A stretch of DNA of 64,000 bases from positions 5,722 to 69,721 of the forward strand of contig JACQQA010000012.1 in assembly GCA_016207245.1 (NCBI GenBank), in the 5' to 3' direction. This DNA comes from Candidatus Magasanikiibacteriota bacterium. Its GTDB lineage: Bacteria > Patescibacteriota > Patescibacteriia > Magasanikbacterales > UBA922. The notes beneath the pieces were generated by a model, which worked only from the letters and a program-made list of their open reading frames with translations, did no database searches and was not told where the DNA came from. Shown one piece after another: positions 53,026-62,476 of the stretch; within the stretch, counting starts at the first letter, position 1, and every line of letters starts with the position of its first letter. Position numbers and translations under genes: made by a program.

Positions 53026-54273
53026 CTAAAATTTATAGAAGAATGAAGAAACCACCAACACCGCTGTCGCCGCAATTATCCCAACAACCGTCAGCCACGC
53101 GATAACATTCCCGATAGGTTTATTAACATGCTCACCCATGATATTTTTATTATTTATAATCTTCAAAACAAAAATTAAAATAATCGGCAGTAAAATTCCG
53201 TTGACGTCTTGCGACAACAACATTACCCTGACTAATGGCAAGCCGGGAATGAGAACCAGCAGAGCCGGCAAGGCGATTGACAACAAAATTATGCCGTAAA
53301 AAATCCGCGCTTCCCGCCATTTGCGGTCAAAACCATATTCCCAGCCGAACGCCTCGCAAATGGCATAGCCGGTGGCGACCGGCAGAATAAACGCGCCGAG
53401 CATTGACGCCACGAATAATCCGAAGCCGAATAAAAATTTAGCAAACTGGCCGGCGATTGGCGCCAAGGCCATGGCCGCGTCTTTCGCGTCAGTGATTCTA
53501 ATGCCGGCTTTATATAATGTGTAAGCAGTGCTGATAATGATAAAAAAACTGACAATATCAGTGATAAAAGCGCCAATAAATACCTCTGCCTTTTCAATTT
53601 TATAATGCCTAAGATTAAGACCCTTGTCAACCACGTATGATTGAATAAAAAACTGGCCCCAAGGTGTGATCGTGGTGCCGATTAAAGCGATCATGGTGAG
53701 CAAAAACGGAGCGCTGAATTCCAAAGTCGGCTTGATTAAAGCCAGCGCGGCCTCGCTAAAGTCCGGCTTGATGATAAAGCCGTTGATAATATACACGAGA
53801 TAAAACGCGGAAAAAACCAAAAATATTTTTTGCGTGGTTTTAAACGAACCCTTGTACAGAATAAACCACACCGCGATCGCCGACATCGGCACCGCTATAT
53901 ATTTGCTGACGCTGAAAATTGAAAAAGCCGAACCAATGCCGGCAAATTCCGCGGTCATAGTGCCGAGATTGGCGATTAGCATCACCAGCATGGCAAAAGT
54001 AGTCCAACGTACGCCAAAATTTTCGCGAATCACTCCACCCAGCCCCTGACGAGTAACCAAGCCGATGCGCACGCCCATTTCCTGCGTTACCGCCAGAGCG
54101 AAAGTAATCAAAAACAGCACCCACAGCATTTTAACGCCAAAATGCGCGCCCACGACAGAATAAGTGCTGATCCCGCCGGCGTCATTGTCCGCGTTCGCGG
54201 CAATAATGCCCGGTCCGATAACCGAGAAAAAAAACAACAACTTTAACCAAAAATGTTGTAATCTTTTCCCCAT
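53026..54273 (-). CDS. mntH: NRAMP-family divalent metal cation transporter (MntH-like)
   Basis: GPGIIAANADNDAGGISTYS near the N-terminus (NRAMP DPGN-type motif) and ~11 predicted TM helices; 415 aa. Confidence 0.65.
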   Translation of the reverse strand: MGKRLQHFWLKLLFFFSVIGPGIIAANADNDAGGISTYSVVGAHFGVKMLWVLFLITFALAVTQEMGVRIGLVTRQGLGGVIRENFGVRWTTFAMLVMLIANLGTMTAEFAGIGSAFSIFSVSKYIAVPMSAIAVWFILYKGSFKTTQKIFLVFSAFYLVYIINGFIIKPDFSEAALALIKPTLEFSAPFLLTMIALIGTTITPWGQFFIQSYVVDKGLNLRHYKIEKAEVFIGAFITDIVSFFIIISTAYTLYKAGIRITDAKDAAMALAPIAGQFAKFLFGFGLFVASMLGAFILPVATGYAICEAFGWEYGFDRKWREARIFYGIILLSIALPALLVLIPGLPLVRVMLLSQDVNGILLPIILIFVLKIINNKNIMGEHVNKPIGNVIAWLTVVGIIAATAVLVVSSFFYKF

Positions 54274-54279
54274 AATAAA

Positions 54280-55500
54280 TTACGCGTTTGGCACCAAGTG
54301 CCTCATAATATCATCAACCGTAACCACGCCCAGCAATTTTTGCTTATTGTCAACCACCGCGACTGACAGCAAATTATATTTTGTCATAATCGCCGCGACT
54401 TCCGTCACTTTTTGCGTCACATTCACAACCGGCGTGCGCCGCGAACGTTTCATAATCGATTTGATGGTCTGCGCGGGTTCGGCGATTATCAAACGCCGCA
54501 AAGACGCTACGCCTAAATAATGTTTTTTATCATCCACCACATAGACAAAGTGTATCGCCCGGTGTTGATGTGAATCCCGCTTTATTTTCTCCGCCACCTC
54601 TGACACCGTGGTGTGTGGCTGGGCGGCGATAAATTCCGTGGTCATCAAACCGCCGGCCTCGTCTTCATCATAAGACAGAATTTTTTTTACCTTGCCGATG
54701 TCTTTTTGCGGCGGCAGTTTTTCTATAATCTCCTGCGATTCGCGTGAGGGCAAGAGCTGAATCAAATCCACCAGTTCATCCATTGACATTTTTTCCAAAA
54801 TCACGGCCGCTCGTTCCGAACCCAAATGCTCAATCAGCATTTTTTGAATCCGCGGGCTGACTTCTTCCATAACTTTCGCGGCAGTTGATTTATCCAATGA
54901 ACGCAACAGCGAACTTCCTTGTTTAATGTTCAGCTTTTCCACGATGTTGGCGATATCAGCCGGATGCAGGCGGACCAGATCTTCCCGGCCGGTGCTTAAC
55001 TGCAATCTATCACCGATTAAATGCGCCTGATTCCACTCCAAGAGATGGGGCTTAAGCCAACCATCCGCCGGCGTCCGCAAACCAACGCGACGCAAAAGCC
55101 CGCTGGTGCTGACATCAATCGCCAAAAGGCAAAGATGATTTTGCACCGGTCCGAATTGCAGATCATTCACGCGCACCACTCTGATTCCGGCCAAGTCAAC
55201 AATTTGCCGGTCAACGATGTTTTTCCGCAAAAACAAAATACCCTCATTCGGCTGAACGCTTTCCGCTTCCGCGACCGAGGTGTTTAACACCAAACCATCA
55301 TGGCTCCAGGCCGCGACTTTATCAGCGCTGATATAGATATCTTGTTTTTTCTTGCGATTGCGCACCATAAGACCGACTACGGAAGGAAATTTTTTTCCTT
55401 TAGCCAGTTCAATCGCCACATCTTTCAATTTTCCGACTGGCTCGTCATTCTTGTCCTGCACCGGCGCGTTGATTATAGTGCTAAGAAAAAACATACTCAA
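54280..55500 (-). CDS. Soluble MgtE-N plus tandem CBS-domain protein (no transporter TM domain), possibly preceded by a PRC-barrel-like segment
   Basis: MgtE N-terminal helical region (DELVDLIQLLPSRESQEIIEKLP) followed by two CBS domains (ending ...GVVTVDDIMRHL). The ORF ends 6 bp before the NRAMP gene. No hydrophobic helices. Confidence 0.6.
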   Translation of the reverse strand: MSMFFLSTIINAPVQDKNDEPVGKLKDVAIELAKGKKFPSVVGLMVRNRKKKQDIYISADKVAAWSHDGLVLNTSVAEAESVQPNEGILFLRKNIVDRQIVDLAGIRVVRVNDLQFGPVQNHLCLLAIDVSTSGLLRRVGLRTPADGWLKPHLLEWNQAHLIGDRLQLSTGREDLVRLHPADIANIVEKLNIKQGSSLLRSLDKSTAAKVMEEVSPRIQKMLIEHLGSERAAVILEKMSMDELVDLIQLLPSRESQEIIEKLPPQKDIGKVKKILSYDEDEAGGLMTTEFIAAQPHTTVSEVAEKIKRDSHQHRAIHFVYVVDDKKHYLGVASLRRLIIAEPAQTIKSIMKRSRRTPVVNVTQKVTEVAAIMTKYNLLSVAVVDNKQKLLGVVTVDDIMRHLVPNA

Positions 55501-55575
55501 TTAAAAGTGTGCAAGTTAATAGGTGTATAAGTTTATAAGTTACAAAACTTACCCACTTATACACTCATATACCTA

Positions 55576-55968
55576 CTAACTTGACTTTGCCAAATAAGCT
55601 TCTAATATAATCATAGCAGACTTTTCATCTCTACTTGCCCCCACTACTCCACTATCCGTCCTATCCGCTTGCACGGAAGTGAAACGCTCGTCAACAAAAT
55701 CTACGGAAATTTTTATTTCTTTTTTCAATTCATCAGCAAATTTTCTAACCCGCCTGGTATTATCATTCTCTTTTCCATCCAACCCCAGCGGCAATCCCAC
55801 CACCAGTTTATCAATTTTTTCTTTTTTTATCAATTCCGCAACTTGGTCTTTTAATCTTCCGTTCCTTTGATCTCCAACCACTCCAAACGGCAAAACAACC
55901 TTAAGCGCTGTGTCCACCCACGCTAAGCCAATTTTCTTTGATCCATAATCCACTCCTAGTATGTTCAT
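55576..55968 (-). CDS. ruvX: Holliday junction resolvase-like RuvX/YqgF
   Basis: Starts MNILGVDYGSKKIGLAWVD (YqgF signature). The tracked ORF extends to 56046; the ATG at 55968 overlaps the map stop by 4 bp. Confidence 0.75.
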   Translation of the reverse strand: MNILGVDYGSKKIGLAWVDTALKVVLPFGVVGDQRNGRLKDQVAELIKKEKIDKLVVGLPLGLDGKENDNTRRVRKFADELKKEIKISVDFVDERFTSVQADRTDSGVVGASRDEKSAMIILEAYLAKSS

Positions 55969-56795
55969 AATTTTTCTGATGGCCGGCGAGTTACAACTAT
56001 CGGTTCTTTTTCTGTAATCACGATGGTATGTTCCTGGTGTGCGCACAAGCTGTTGTCCGCGGTTTTGACACTCCAGCCGTCATCGGCAGTAACAATATGC
56101 CAATCTCCCATTGTTATCATCGGCTCAATCGCGATAACTACACCGGGCTGTAAGACCCATTTCTCACCCTCTTTATCATAGTAATTCGGCACCCGCGGTT
56201 CTTCATGCACCGCGTGGCCAACGCCATGGCCGACTAAATCTCGCACAATGCCGTAACCCTGCGGCTCAACATATTTCTGAATCGTCCGACCTATGTCCGC
56301 CACGGTATTTCCAACTACACATTGTTTAATTCCGATTTCCAGCGCTTTTCTCGTCACATTCAACAACTGCTTCGTCCTATCCGGAATCTTCCCCACCGCC
56401 AATGTAATCGCCGTATCAGTAAAATATCCTCGCTCAGATTTGATATTGGATATTGGATATTTGATATTCTTTGTGGGATATTCCATTCCAATATCAATAC
56501 TAAAAATATCACCGTCTTTCAAAACTTTATTTTTGCTGGCAATACCATGCACCAGCTCATCATTCACGCACGCACAAATTGTGGTTGGAAACGGCGGGTC
56601 ATTTTTTTTGCCCTTATAACCCTTAAAAGCCGGTTTTCCACCAGCTTCGCGAATCAAACGCTCGGCTTCTTGATCGATTTCCAAAGCGCAAACACCAGGC
56701 TTAACCATTTTGCTTAATTTTTCTAAAATCTCACCCAAAATCAACCCGCCCTCTTGGATGAATTTGATTTCGTCGGTGGTTTTAGTGTAGGACAT
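55965..56795 (-). CDS. map: Methionine aminopeptidase type I
   Basis: Metal-binding residues in DGDIFSIDIG, GHGVGHAVHEEP and ITEKEP. Contains a ~15-aa in-frame insertion (PTKNIKYPISNIKSE) encoded by AATATC-type repeats at 56442-56469. Confidence 0.85.
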   Translation of the reverse strand: MSYTKTTDEIKFIQEGGLILGEILEKLSKMVKPGVCALEIDQEAERLIREAGGKPAFKGYKGKKNDPPFPTTICACVNDELVHGIASKNKVLKDGDIFSIDIGMEYPTKNIKYPISNIKSERGYFTDTAITLAVGKIPDRTKQLLNVTRKALEIGIKQCVVGNTVADIGRTIQKYVEPQGYGIVRDLVGHGVGHAVHEEPRVPNYYDKEGEKWVLQPGVVIAIEPMITMGDWHIVTADDGWSVKTADNSLCAHQEHTIVITEKEPIVVTRRPSEKL

Positions 56796-56830
56796 AAAAA
56801 GTTTAAAAGTGATCAGTCGGTCAGCGTTTA

Positions 56831-58042
56831 TTAGATTGAGTGGGACAAAAAATCTCTGATATTTTCTTGACGAACACCTTTATACCCGCCCTTAACCAAC
56901 AACTCGTCCATAGAAACTACTATTTTAGGATAATTATCGCGAATCGCCAGTAAATTGCCAAACTCTCTTTCTTTATTTTCTTCAGTAATCAAATAAGCCA
57001 CTTGGACATATAATCTTTGTCCGGCTTTTTCACAAACAAAGTCAACCTCCCGCCCGCCTTCCTGCTGTCCAACGGTTACTGTGTATCCGGCTACCAAAAG
57101 ATGCAAAAAAACTAAATTTTCCAGCACCTTATTAATATCCGGCTGATGGTAGCTAACTATCGCGTGGCGCAAGCCTAAATCGCCAAAATAATATTTCTCG
57201 TTGATTTCAAAAACCTTTTTTCCCTGAATATCCGAACGCCGCACTTGAAAGATAAAAAATGCTTGAGCCAGAAAAGAAAGATAATCTAAAACCACACCTG
57301 GAGAAATTTTAATTTTTTGAGATTTCAAAAAATCGCTGATTTTCTTGGCCGACACCAAACTACCCAGATTGTCAGCAAGATATTCCACTAGCCGCCCTAA
57401 AAACGCCAAATTGCGAATTTTGTGCACTGACACGACATCTTTAAACAAAATGGTGTTGTAAATATTACGCAGATAATCATAAACCACAGCGTCTTCTTTG
57501 GCCAGATGCATCAAATAAGGCAAACCGCCATATTTAATATATTGAATAAAAGCGTCATGGCTTTCTTTTAACTTATGGAATTCTAAAAATTCGGCGTAAG
57601 ATAAGCCAAACACCGGAATTTCCACTGCCCGACCGCTTAGATGGGTGGCTAATTCGCTGGAGAGAAAATAAGCGTTGCTACCTGTGCAATACAAATCATA
57701 ACCACCTTTGGCTTGCAAACCGCGCAAGGCCTTTTCAAATTTTTCTATTTCTTGTATCTCATCAATAAAAACATAATGTTTGCCGCTTTGACTGCGGGTT
57801 TTCTGCTTGATGTAAGCGAGCAAATCCCGATAATTTTTTATTCCATCAAATTCGTTTAATTCTTTATTGATGTAAATGAGATTGGGATTTTTATGGAGTC
57901 CCTTGATAATATCCATGATCTGAAACAGCAGATAGCTTTTGCCCACTCGTCTCTGACCAATAATAACCTTAATAACCTCTTTATCAATAAAGGGCGTGAT
58001 CCGTTCCAGATAGATTTTGCGTGGAATGTAGGTTTTAATCAT
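56831..58042 (-). CDS. AAA+ ATPase of the AAA_14/DUF4143 family
   Basis: Walker A IIGQRRVGKSYLL near the N-terminus, with a C-terminal DUF4143-like region; 403 aa. Confidence 0.65.
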   Translation of the reverse strand: MIKTYIPRKIYLERITPFIDKEVIKVIIGQRRVGKSYLLFQIMDIIKGLHKNPNLIYINKELNEFDGIKNYRDLLAYIKQKTRSQSGKHYVFIDEIQEIEKFEKALRGLQAKGGYDLYCTGSNAYFLSSELATHLSGRAVEIPVFGLSYAEFLEFHKLKESHDAFIQYIKYGGLPYLMHLAKEDAVVYDYLRNIYNTILFKDVVSVHKIRNLAFLGRLVEYLADNLGSLVSAKKISDFLKSQKIKISPGVVLDYLSFLAQAFFIFQVRRSDIQGKKVFEINEKYYFGDLGLRHAIVSYHQPDINKVLENLVFLHLLVAGYTVTVGQQEGGREVDFVCEKAGQRLYVQVAYLITEENKEREFGNLLAIRDNYPKIVVSMDELLVKGGYKGVRQENIRDFLSHSI

Positions 58043-58172
58043 ACTTAAAACTTTTTAGAAATTTGTTAATGTTTTAAGTATACTGAAATGATTAATTACT
58101 GTCAAGCGCCGGCTGTTTTCCTTACCCAGGCAATGTGGGGGCGGCGGTTTCAGTTAGAAATTTTAAAAAATA

Positions 58173-58225
58173 AAAACTGCGGTCGCCTCTGGTAAACCAG
58201 AGAGGACCGCAGTGGGGTTAACTGT
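58173..58225 (-). terminator. Rho-independent terminator of the radical-SAM-like gene
   Basis: Minus strand CTGCGGTCCTCTCTGGtttaCCAGAGGCGACCGCAG followed by TTTTTATTTTTT. Confidence 0.6.
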
Positions 58226-58287
58226 CTTAAGTATAACAAGCCCGCAGATGCTTGTCAAGTGCGTCAAATGCCTTGCGTGGATAAGCA

Positions 58288-58326
58288 AAATTTTTATGAG
58301 TTTGATTTCGTCGGTGGTTTTGATAT
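58288..58326 (-). pseudogene. Duplicated 5-prime fragment of map (MAYIKTTDEIKLI...)
   Basis: Minus-strand ATGGCTTATATCAAAACCACCGACGAAATCAAACTCATA matches the real map start (ATGTCCTACACTAAAACCACCGACGAAATCAAATTCATC), including a 20-nt identical core (56764-56783 vs 58295-58314). Downstream it reads into the terminator with no further map similarity. Confidence 0.55.
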
Positions 58327-58387
58327 AAGCCATATGCGGCTATTTTACCAAAACTAACCGATAAGTTCAAATTTGCTGGATAAAAAT

Positions 58388-59398
58388 TTAATTGTCTTTG
58401 CCCTTACATTCACACCTCAGTCCTTCAAATTCTTTTAAATCTTGAGTGCCATTATACCTTATAATCGCCTCAGCCACCTTTTTATCACATTTTCCGCAAT
58501 TATGAGTAAACCTATCACTCGATAAATTTTCATCATACATTCCCACCCAAATTGAATTTGGCTGGTATTCTTTCAATTTCGTTATCTTCTTAACAATCTC
58601 TATAACATTCCACAAAGTAGGAAGCTGATATTTTCCTTCTTCAAATTGTTTCTCAATCCCTGTGCCTTTGGGTATAAACATCGGTTTTATAGCAAGAAAG
58701 GCTTCTATGCCTCTGGCATTCGCGACTTCATAAGCATATCTTGCAGTTTCCACTGTATCTTCAATCACTTCCGATTCCGTCAAAGTGGGAGAACCAATCA
58801 AAATGTAAGATCTCATCCTTGAACCTGTTTCCTGGCAAATATCAGCGAAGTGTTCGTATCCAGTCTTAGTAAGGCCTTTATGCAAAACGATGTTTCTAAC
58901 TTTATCATTCGCGCTTTCCAAACCTATTGCTAATTCAAGTTTCTGATCACTTCTCAACAATTTTTGTGAATCTATTACTTTTTCTAAAGTCAAATAATCT
59001 ACTCTTGTTTCAACCATCACGTGTTTAACTTCCGGAAGTTTAGCCGCCTCCTTAAACAAGTACGCTCTTGATTTTGATGACATTTCGTTATCATTATAAA
59101 ATGATCCGGCGGTGGGAAAATCCAATTTTTTTACCCCTTTCAAATCAACGGTTTTTATACCATCCTGATATTGTTTTACAATATTTTCGTGTATGACACT
59201 ACAGCTGGCATTATTATCAAATCCGCACATGGTGCATTTATTATAAGCGCAGGGAGGTGTCCTAAATATGAACGTTAGCATCTTTGTTTCTTCGCCATAA
59301 ATATTAGCCGGCCCGCGCGCGATAAATGCCGGCTTGTTGTCCAAGCTTGTTTCTTTGGTTAACTCTGGAGCGCCACCCTTTTTGTTTTCAGTTTTCAT
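58388..59398 (-). CDS. Elp3-like radical SAM superfamily protein (TIGR01210-like, archaeal-type)
   Basis: Cx4Cx2C cluster CAYNKCTMCG as in the Elp3-type radical SAM motif, a TIM-barrel-like core with GLES, and a C-terminal Cys cluster HNCGKCDKK; 336 aa. Confidence 0.45.
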   Translation of the reverse strand: MKTENKKGGAPELTKETSLDNKPAFIARGPANIYGEETKMLTFIFRTPPCAYNKCTMCGFDNNASCSVIHENIVKQYQDGIKTVDLKGVKKLDFPTAGSFYNDNEMSSKSRAYLFKEAAKLPEVKHVMVETRVDYLTLEKVIDSQKLLRSDQKLELAIGLESANDKVRNIVLHKGLTKTGYEHFADICQETGSRMRSYILIGSPTLTESEVIEDTVETARYAYEVANARGIEAFLAIKPMFIPKGTGIEKQFEEGKYQLPTLWNVIEIVKKITKLKEYQPNSIWVGMYDENLSSDRFTHNCGKCDKKVAEAIIRYNGTQDLKEFEGLRCECKGKDN

Positions 59399-59555
59399 AG
59401 ATTTGTTCTTATTGAACCACCAAAAATCGTTTTATTTATATCTCCTATAACAATGCATTATACTTGATTTTGATAAATAAATCAATGGTTTTATAATATA
59501 AACACATATAAATTAAGCTAAAATTAACCTATTTTATATACTGCTGTCAAAAAAC

Positions 59556-59584
59556 TTGACAAATGGTGGTTTTTGTGGTATAAT
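59556..59584 (+). promoter_or_regulatory. Consensus sigma70 promoter TTGACA-N17-TGTGGTATAAT upstream of the TrmB-like gene
   Basis: TTGACA 59556-59561, 17-nt spacer ending TTTTTGTGG, TATAAT 59579-59584, ATG at 59593. Same architecture as the promoter at 7776-7804. Confidence 0.6.
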
Positions 59585-59592
59585 GGTATTAT

Positions 59593-60396
59593 ATGTTTTT
59601 AGAAGAGCACCTCAAAAAATTAGGCCTAACAGAAAAAGAGGCTAAAATATATTTAGCCGCTTTGGAGTTGGGCGCGGATACGATTCAAAATATCGCTAAA
59701 AAGGCCGAACTGAAAAGACCGACTGTGTATGTGTTAGTAGATGAATTAATCCGAAAGGGCCTCCTTTCACGCAAGCCGATGCCGAGAGGCGATATTTTTA
59801 TTCCGGAGAATCCGGAAAATCTAAAAAATATTTTAAAAGAAAAGGAGCTGGCTTTAAGCGACGCTCTCCCCTTTTTGCGGGCTATTTATAATGTGGAAAA
59901 AGGCAAACCGCAAGTGCAAGTTTATGAGGGCATAGATAATATGCGCCGCATTTATTTAGATATGATTTGGAAAAGTAAAACCGAGATTTTATTTTTCTCG
60001 TCAATCAAAAAAATCTACGAAGCGATACCGGATCTGCTGGAATCTTGGCTGGCAAATTTCAACGCGCGAAAAGACAAGCCGCTAACCGCCCGAGAATTCA
60101 TCAACCCTGATCCGACTGATATTGAGTACGGTTTGAAAGTCATTAAAACCGGATTCGCGCAAGTGCGAGTAATTCCAAAGGAATTTAAACACTTTTTTGT
60201 GGGAACAGATAATGCTATTTTTGAAGATAAACTGATAGTAGTCTCTTTTGAACAAAAATTATTCACCACTATCATCCAAAGCCGAGCCATTGCCGACACG
60301 ATGCGAGCGTTATATGAACTAGCGTGGGAAAAAGGAACACCGGTTGAAGAATTTGTTAAACAACATCCGAAAATAAAACCGAAAAACTCCCGGTAG
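59593..60396 (+). CDS. TrmB-family (archaeal-type sugar-responsive) transcriptional regulator
   Basis: N-terminal winged HTH LTEKEAKIYLAALELGADTIQNIAKKAELKRPTVYVLVDELIRKGLL typical of TrmB; a C-terminal effector-binding-like domain; 267 aa. Confidence 0.65.
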   Translation: MFLEEHLKKLGLTEKEAKIYLAALELGADTIQNIAKKAELKRPTVYVLVDELIRKGLLSRKPMPRGDIFIPENPENLKNILKEKELALSDALPFLRAIYNVEKGKPQVQVYEGIDNMRRIYLDMIWKSKTEILFFSSIKKIYEAIPDLLESWLANFNARKDKPLTAREFINPDPTDIEYGLKVIKTGFAQVRVIPKEFKHFFVGTDNAIFEDKLIVVSFEQKLFTTIIQSRAIADTMRALYELAWEKGTPVEEFVKQHPKIKPKNSR

Positions 60397-60447
60397 GGGA
60401 ATTTTACAATAGAACAATTTAACAACCTGTCTGCCGGCGAGGCAGAT

Positions 60448-61110
60448 TCAACAATTCAACACTTTCTCTATCTCTCTCTCAACATCCCCGATCTCCGGTT
60501 CGCCATCAACTCTTTTCAAAACACCCAAATTATTATAATAATCCAAAATCGGTTTAATCGCCTGATTGCCCTGCTCCACAATCCGTTTTTTGATTGTTTC
60601 CGGATTATCATCGGCGCGGACGACTAATTTACCGTTACACTCTGGACAATCCATTTTTAATTCGTTTTCCGGCGAATAAGGCAGGATGAAACCACAAATC
60701 GGACACACCTTGCGTTTGGTCAAACGGTTATAACTTGATTCATCAGATAACACGACTTCAATTACCAATACTTCATTTTCTAATTTCTTGCCAACAAAAT
60801 ATTCCTGATATTTTTTTGCTTGTTCAACATTTCTAATCGCGCCGTCCAAAACAACGCCTTTATCAGTATCAAAATATCTGTCCATTTCCGCGAAAGCAAG
60901 TTTATAAATCAATTCATCAGCGACTAATCTGCCCGCTTTCATTTCCGCCAGCTTTTTTTTATCTTCCGGATCAGCGTTCCGGTCATTATCCAGCGCGCGC
61001 AACAAATCGCCGGTGGAAATATGGCCGTAATTGTATTTTTTAGCGATTTTTTTGGCTTGCGTGCCCTTGCCGCTGCCGGGAACGCCCATCAGGATGATGA
61101 TTTTTTTCAT
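60448..61110 (-). CDS. adk: Adenylate kinase (long form with zinc-binding lid)
   Basis: P-loop GVPGSGKGTQA and lid Cys pairs CPICG...CPECNG. The likely start is MKKIIILMG at 61110; the tracked ORF extends to 61170. Confidence 0.85.
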   Translation of the reverse strand: MKKIIILMGVPGSGKGTQAKKIAKKYNYGHISTGDLLRALDNDRNADPEDKKKLAEMKAGRLVADELIYKLAFAEMDRYFDTDKGVVLDGAIRNVEQAKKYQEYFVGKKLENEVLVIEVVLSDESSYNRLTKRKVCPICGFILPYSPENELKMDCPECNGKLVVRADDNPETIKKRIVEQGNQAIKPILDYYNNLGVLKRVDGEPEIGDVEREIEKVLNC

Positions 61111-61111
61111 A

Positions 61112-62383
61112 TCACATCCGATCATACTCATACACTTCCAACTGCGCGTCAATTTGTTTGGCGGTTTCAATCGCGACCGAGACGACGATTAAGAGCGAGG
61201 TGCCGCCGATGGCGAGCGATTGGGTGCCGGTGAATGCCCGAAGTAATAAAGGCAGAATGGCAATAAGAGCGAGAAATAACGCGCCGACAAATATCAATCT
61301 GCTCATGGTGTGCGCTAAATATTTTTCGGTTTCTTTGCCCGGACGAATGCCCGGGATAAAACCGCCTTGGCGCTGTAAATTCTCGGCGATTTTTTGCGGA
61401 TGGAAAATTACCGCGGTGTAAAAATATGTGAAACCGAATACCAAGACAAAATACATGCCCGCGTAAACCGCTTGATTATTGAAAAATCCCACCACTTGGC
61501 GCGCGATTGACGCTGACAAGCCGGTGCCATTGACAAAAAACTGCGCGATCATTGACGGGAACAAAATGATTGAAATCGCGAAAATGATTGGAATCACGCC
61601 GGCCATATTCACGCGCAATGGCAAATGGGTGTTGGCCCCGCCATACACGCGATTGCCGCGAATTTGCTTAGCGTAACTCACCGGCACATTTCTCTGTCCT
61701 TCGCTGATCACCACCACGCCGACAACTGTCGCCACCGCGATTGCCGCGAATAAAACATAAGTATAAAGATCAGCCGGTGTGTAGTTTACCGCCGCTTTCT
61801 GCACCGCTTGCGGCAAGCCCGCCATAATGCCGGCAAAAATCAATAATGAAACGCCGTTGCCGATCTTGCGTTCGGTAATCAGTTCGCCAATCCACATTAA
61901 AAAAACCGTGCCCGCGGTAATCGTTAGCATCATTGCCAATAAATGATACATGTTCAAATCCGGCAAGATCCGATACTGCGACCGGTTTAATAATTGAATC
62001 ATGCCGTAGGCCTGCAATAATGCCAATGGTATCGTCGCCCAACGAGTATACATGTTAATCTTTTGCTGGCCCGCCTCGCCTTCTTTTGATAATTCTTCCA
62101 AACTCGGAACCACCATTGCCAAAAGCTGAAAGATAATGGAAGCGGTGATATACGGCGCCACGCCCAACATGATTACGGAAAAATTTTCCATGGTGCCGCC
62201 GGAAAACACATTCAATAATCCCAAAATCTGATTGCCGGCTAAAAACTTACGCAAATTTTCCGCGTCAATACCCGGCACTGGAATATGAGCCGCCAGCCGG
62301 ACAATAACCAGCATCGCCAAAACAAAAAGAACGCTGTTGCGCAGACTTTTTATTTTCCAAATTTGTCTGAATTTATCCCACAT
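61112..62383 (-). CDS. secY: Preprotein translocase subunit SecY
   Basis: 423 aa with 10 TM helices; conserved plug/TM2 region and a C-terminal cytoplasmic loop. Position between rplO and adk is canonical. Confidence 0.9.
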   Translation of the reverse strand: MWDKFRQIWKIKSLRNSVLFVLAMLVIVRLAAHIPVPGIDAENLRKFLAGNQILGLLNVFSGGTMENFSVIMLGVAPYITASIIFQLLAMVVPSLEELSKEGEAGQQKINMYTRWATIPLALLQAYGMIQLLNRSQYRILPDLNMYHLLAMMLTITAGTVFLMWIGELITERKIGNGVSLLIFAGIMAGLPQAVQKAAVNYTPADLYTYVLFAAIAVATVVGVVVISEGQRNVPVSYAKQIRGNRVYGGANTHLPLRVNMAGVIPIIFAISIILFPSMIAQFFVNGTGLSASIARQVVGFFNNQAVYAGMYFVLVFGFTYFYTAVIFHPQKIAENLQRQGGFIPGIRPGKETEKYLAHTMSRLIFVGALFLALIAILPLLLRAFTGTQSLAIGGTSLLIVVSVAIETAKQIDAQLEVYEYDRM

Positions 62384-62476
62384 AACAATTCACGGTGCAA
62401 GACACAAGTAACAAGATACAAACAAATTACAAATTTTAATTTCCAAAATACAAATTTGTAAATTTTGATTTGATTA

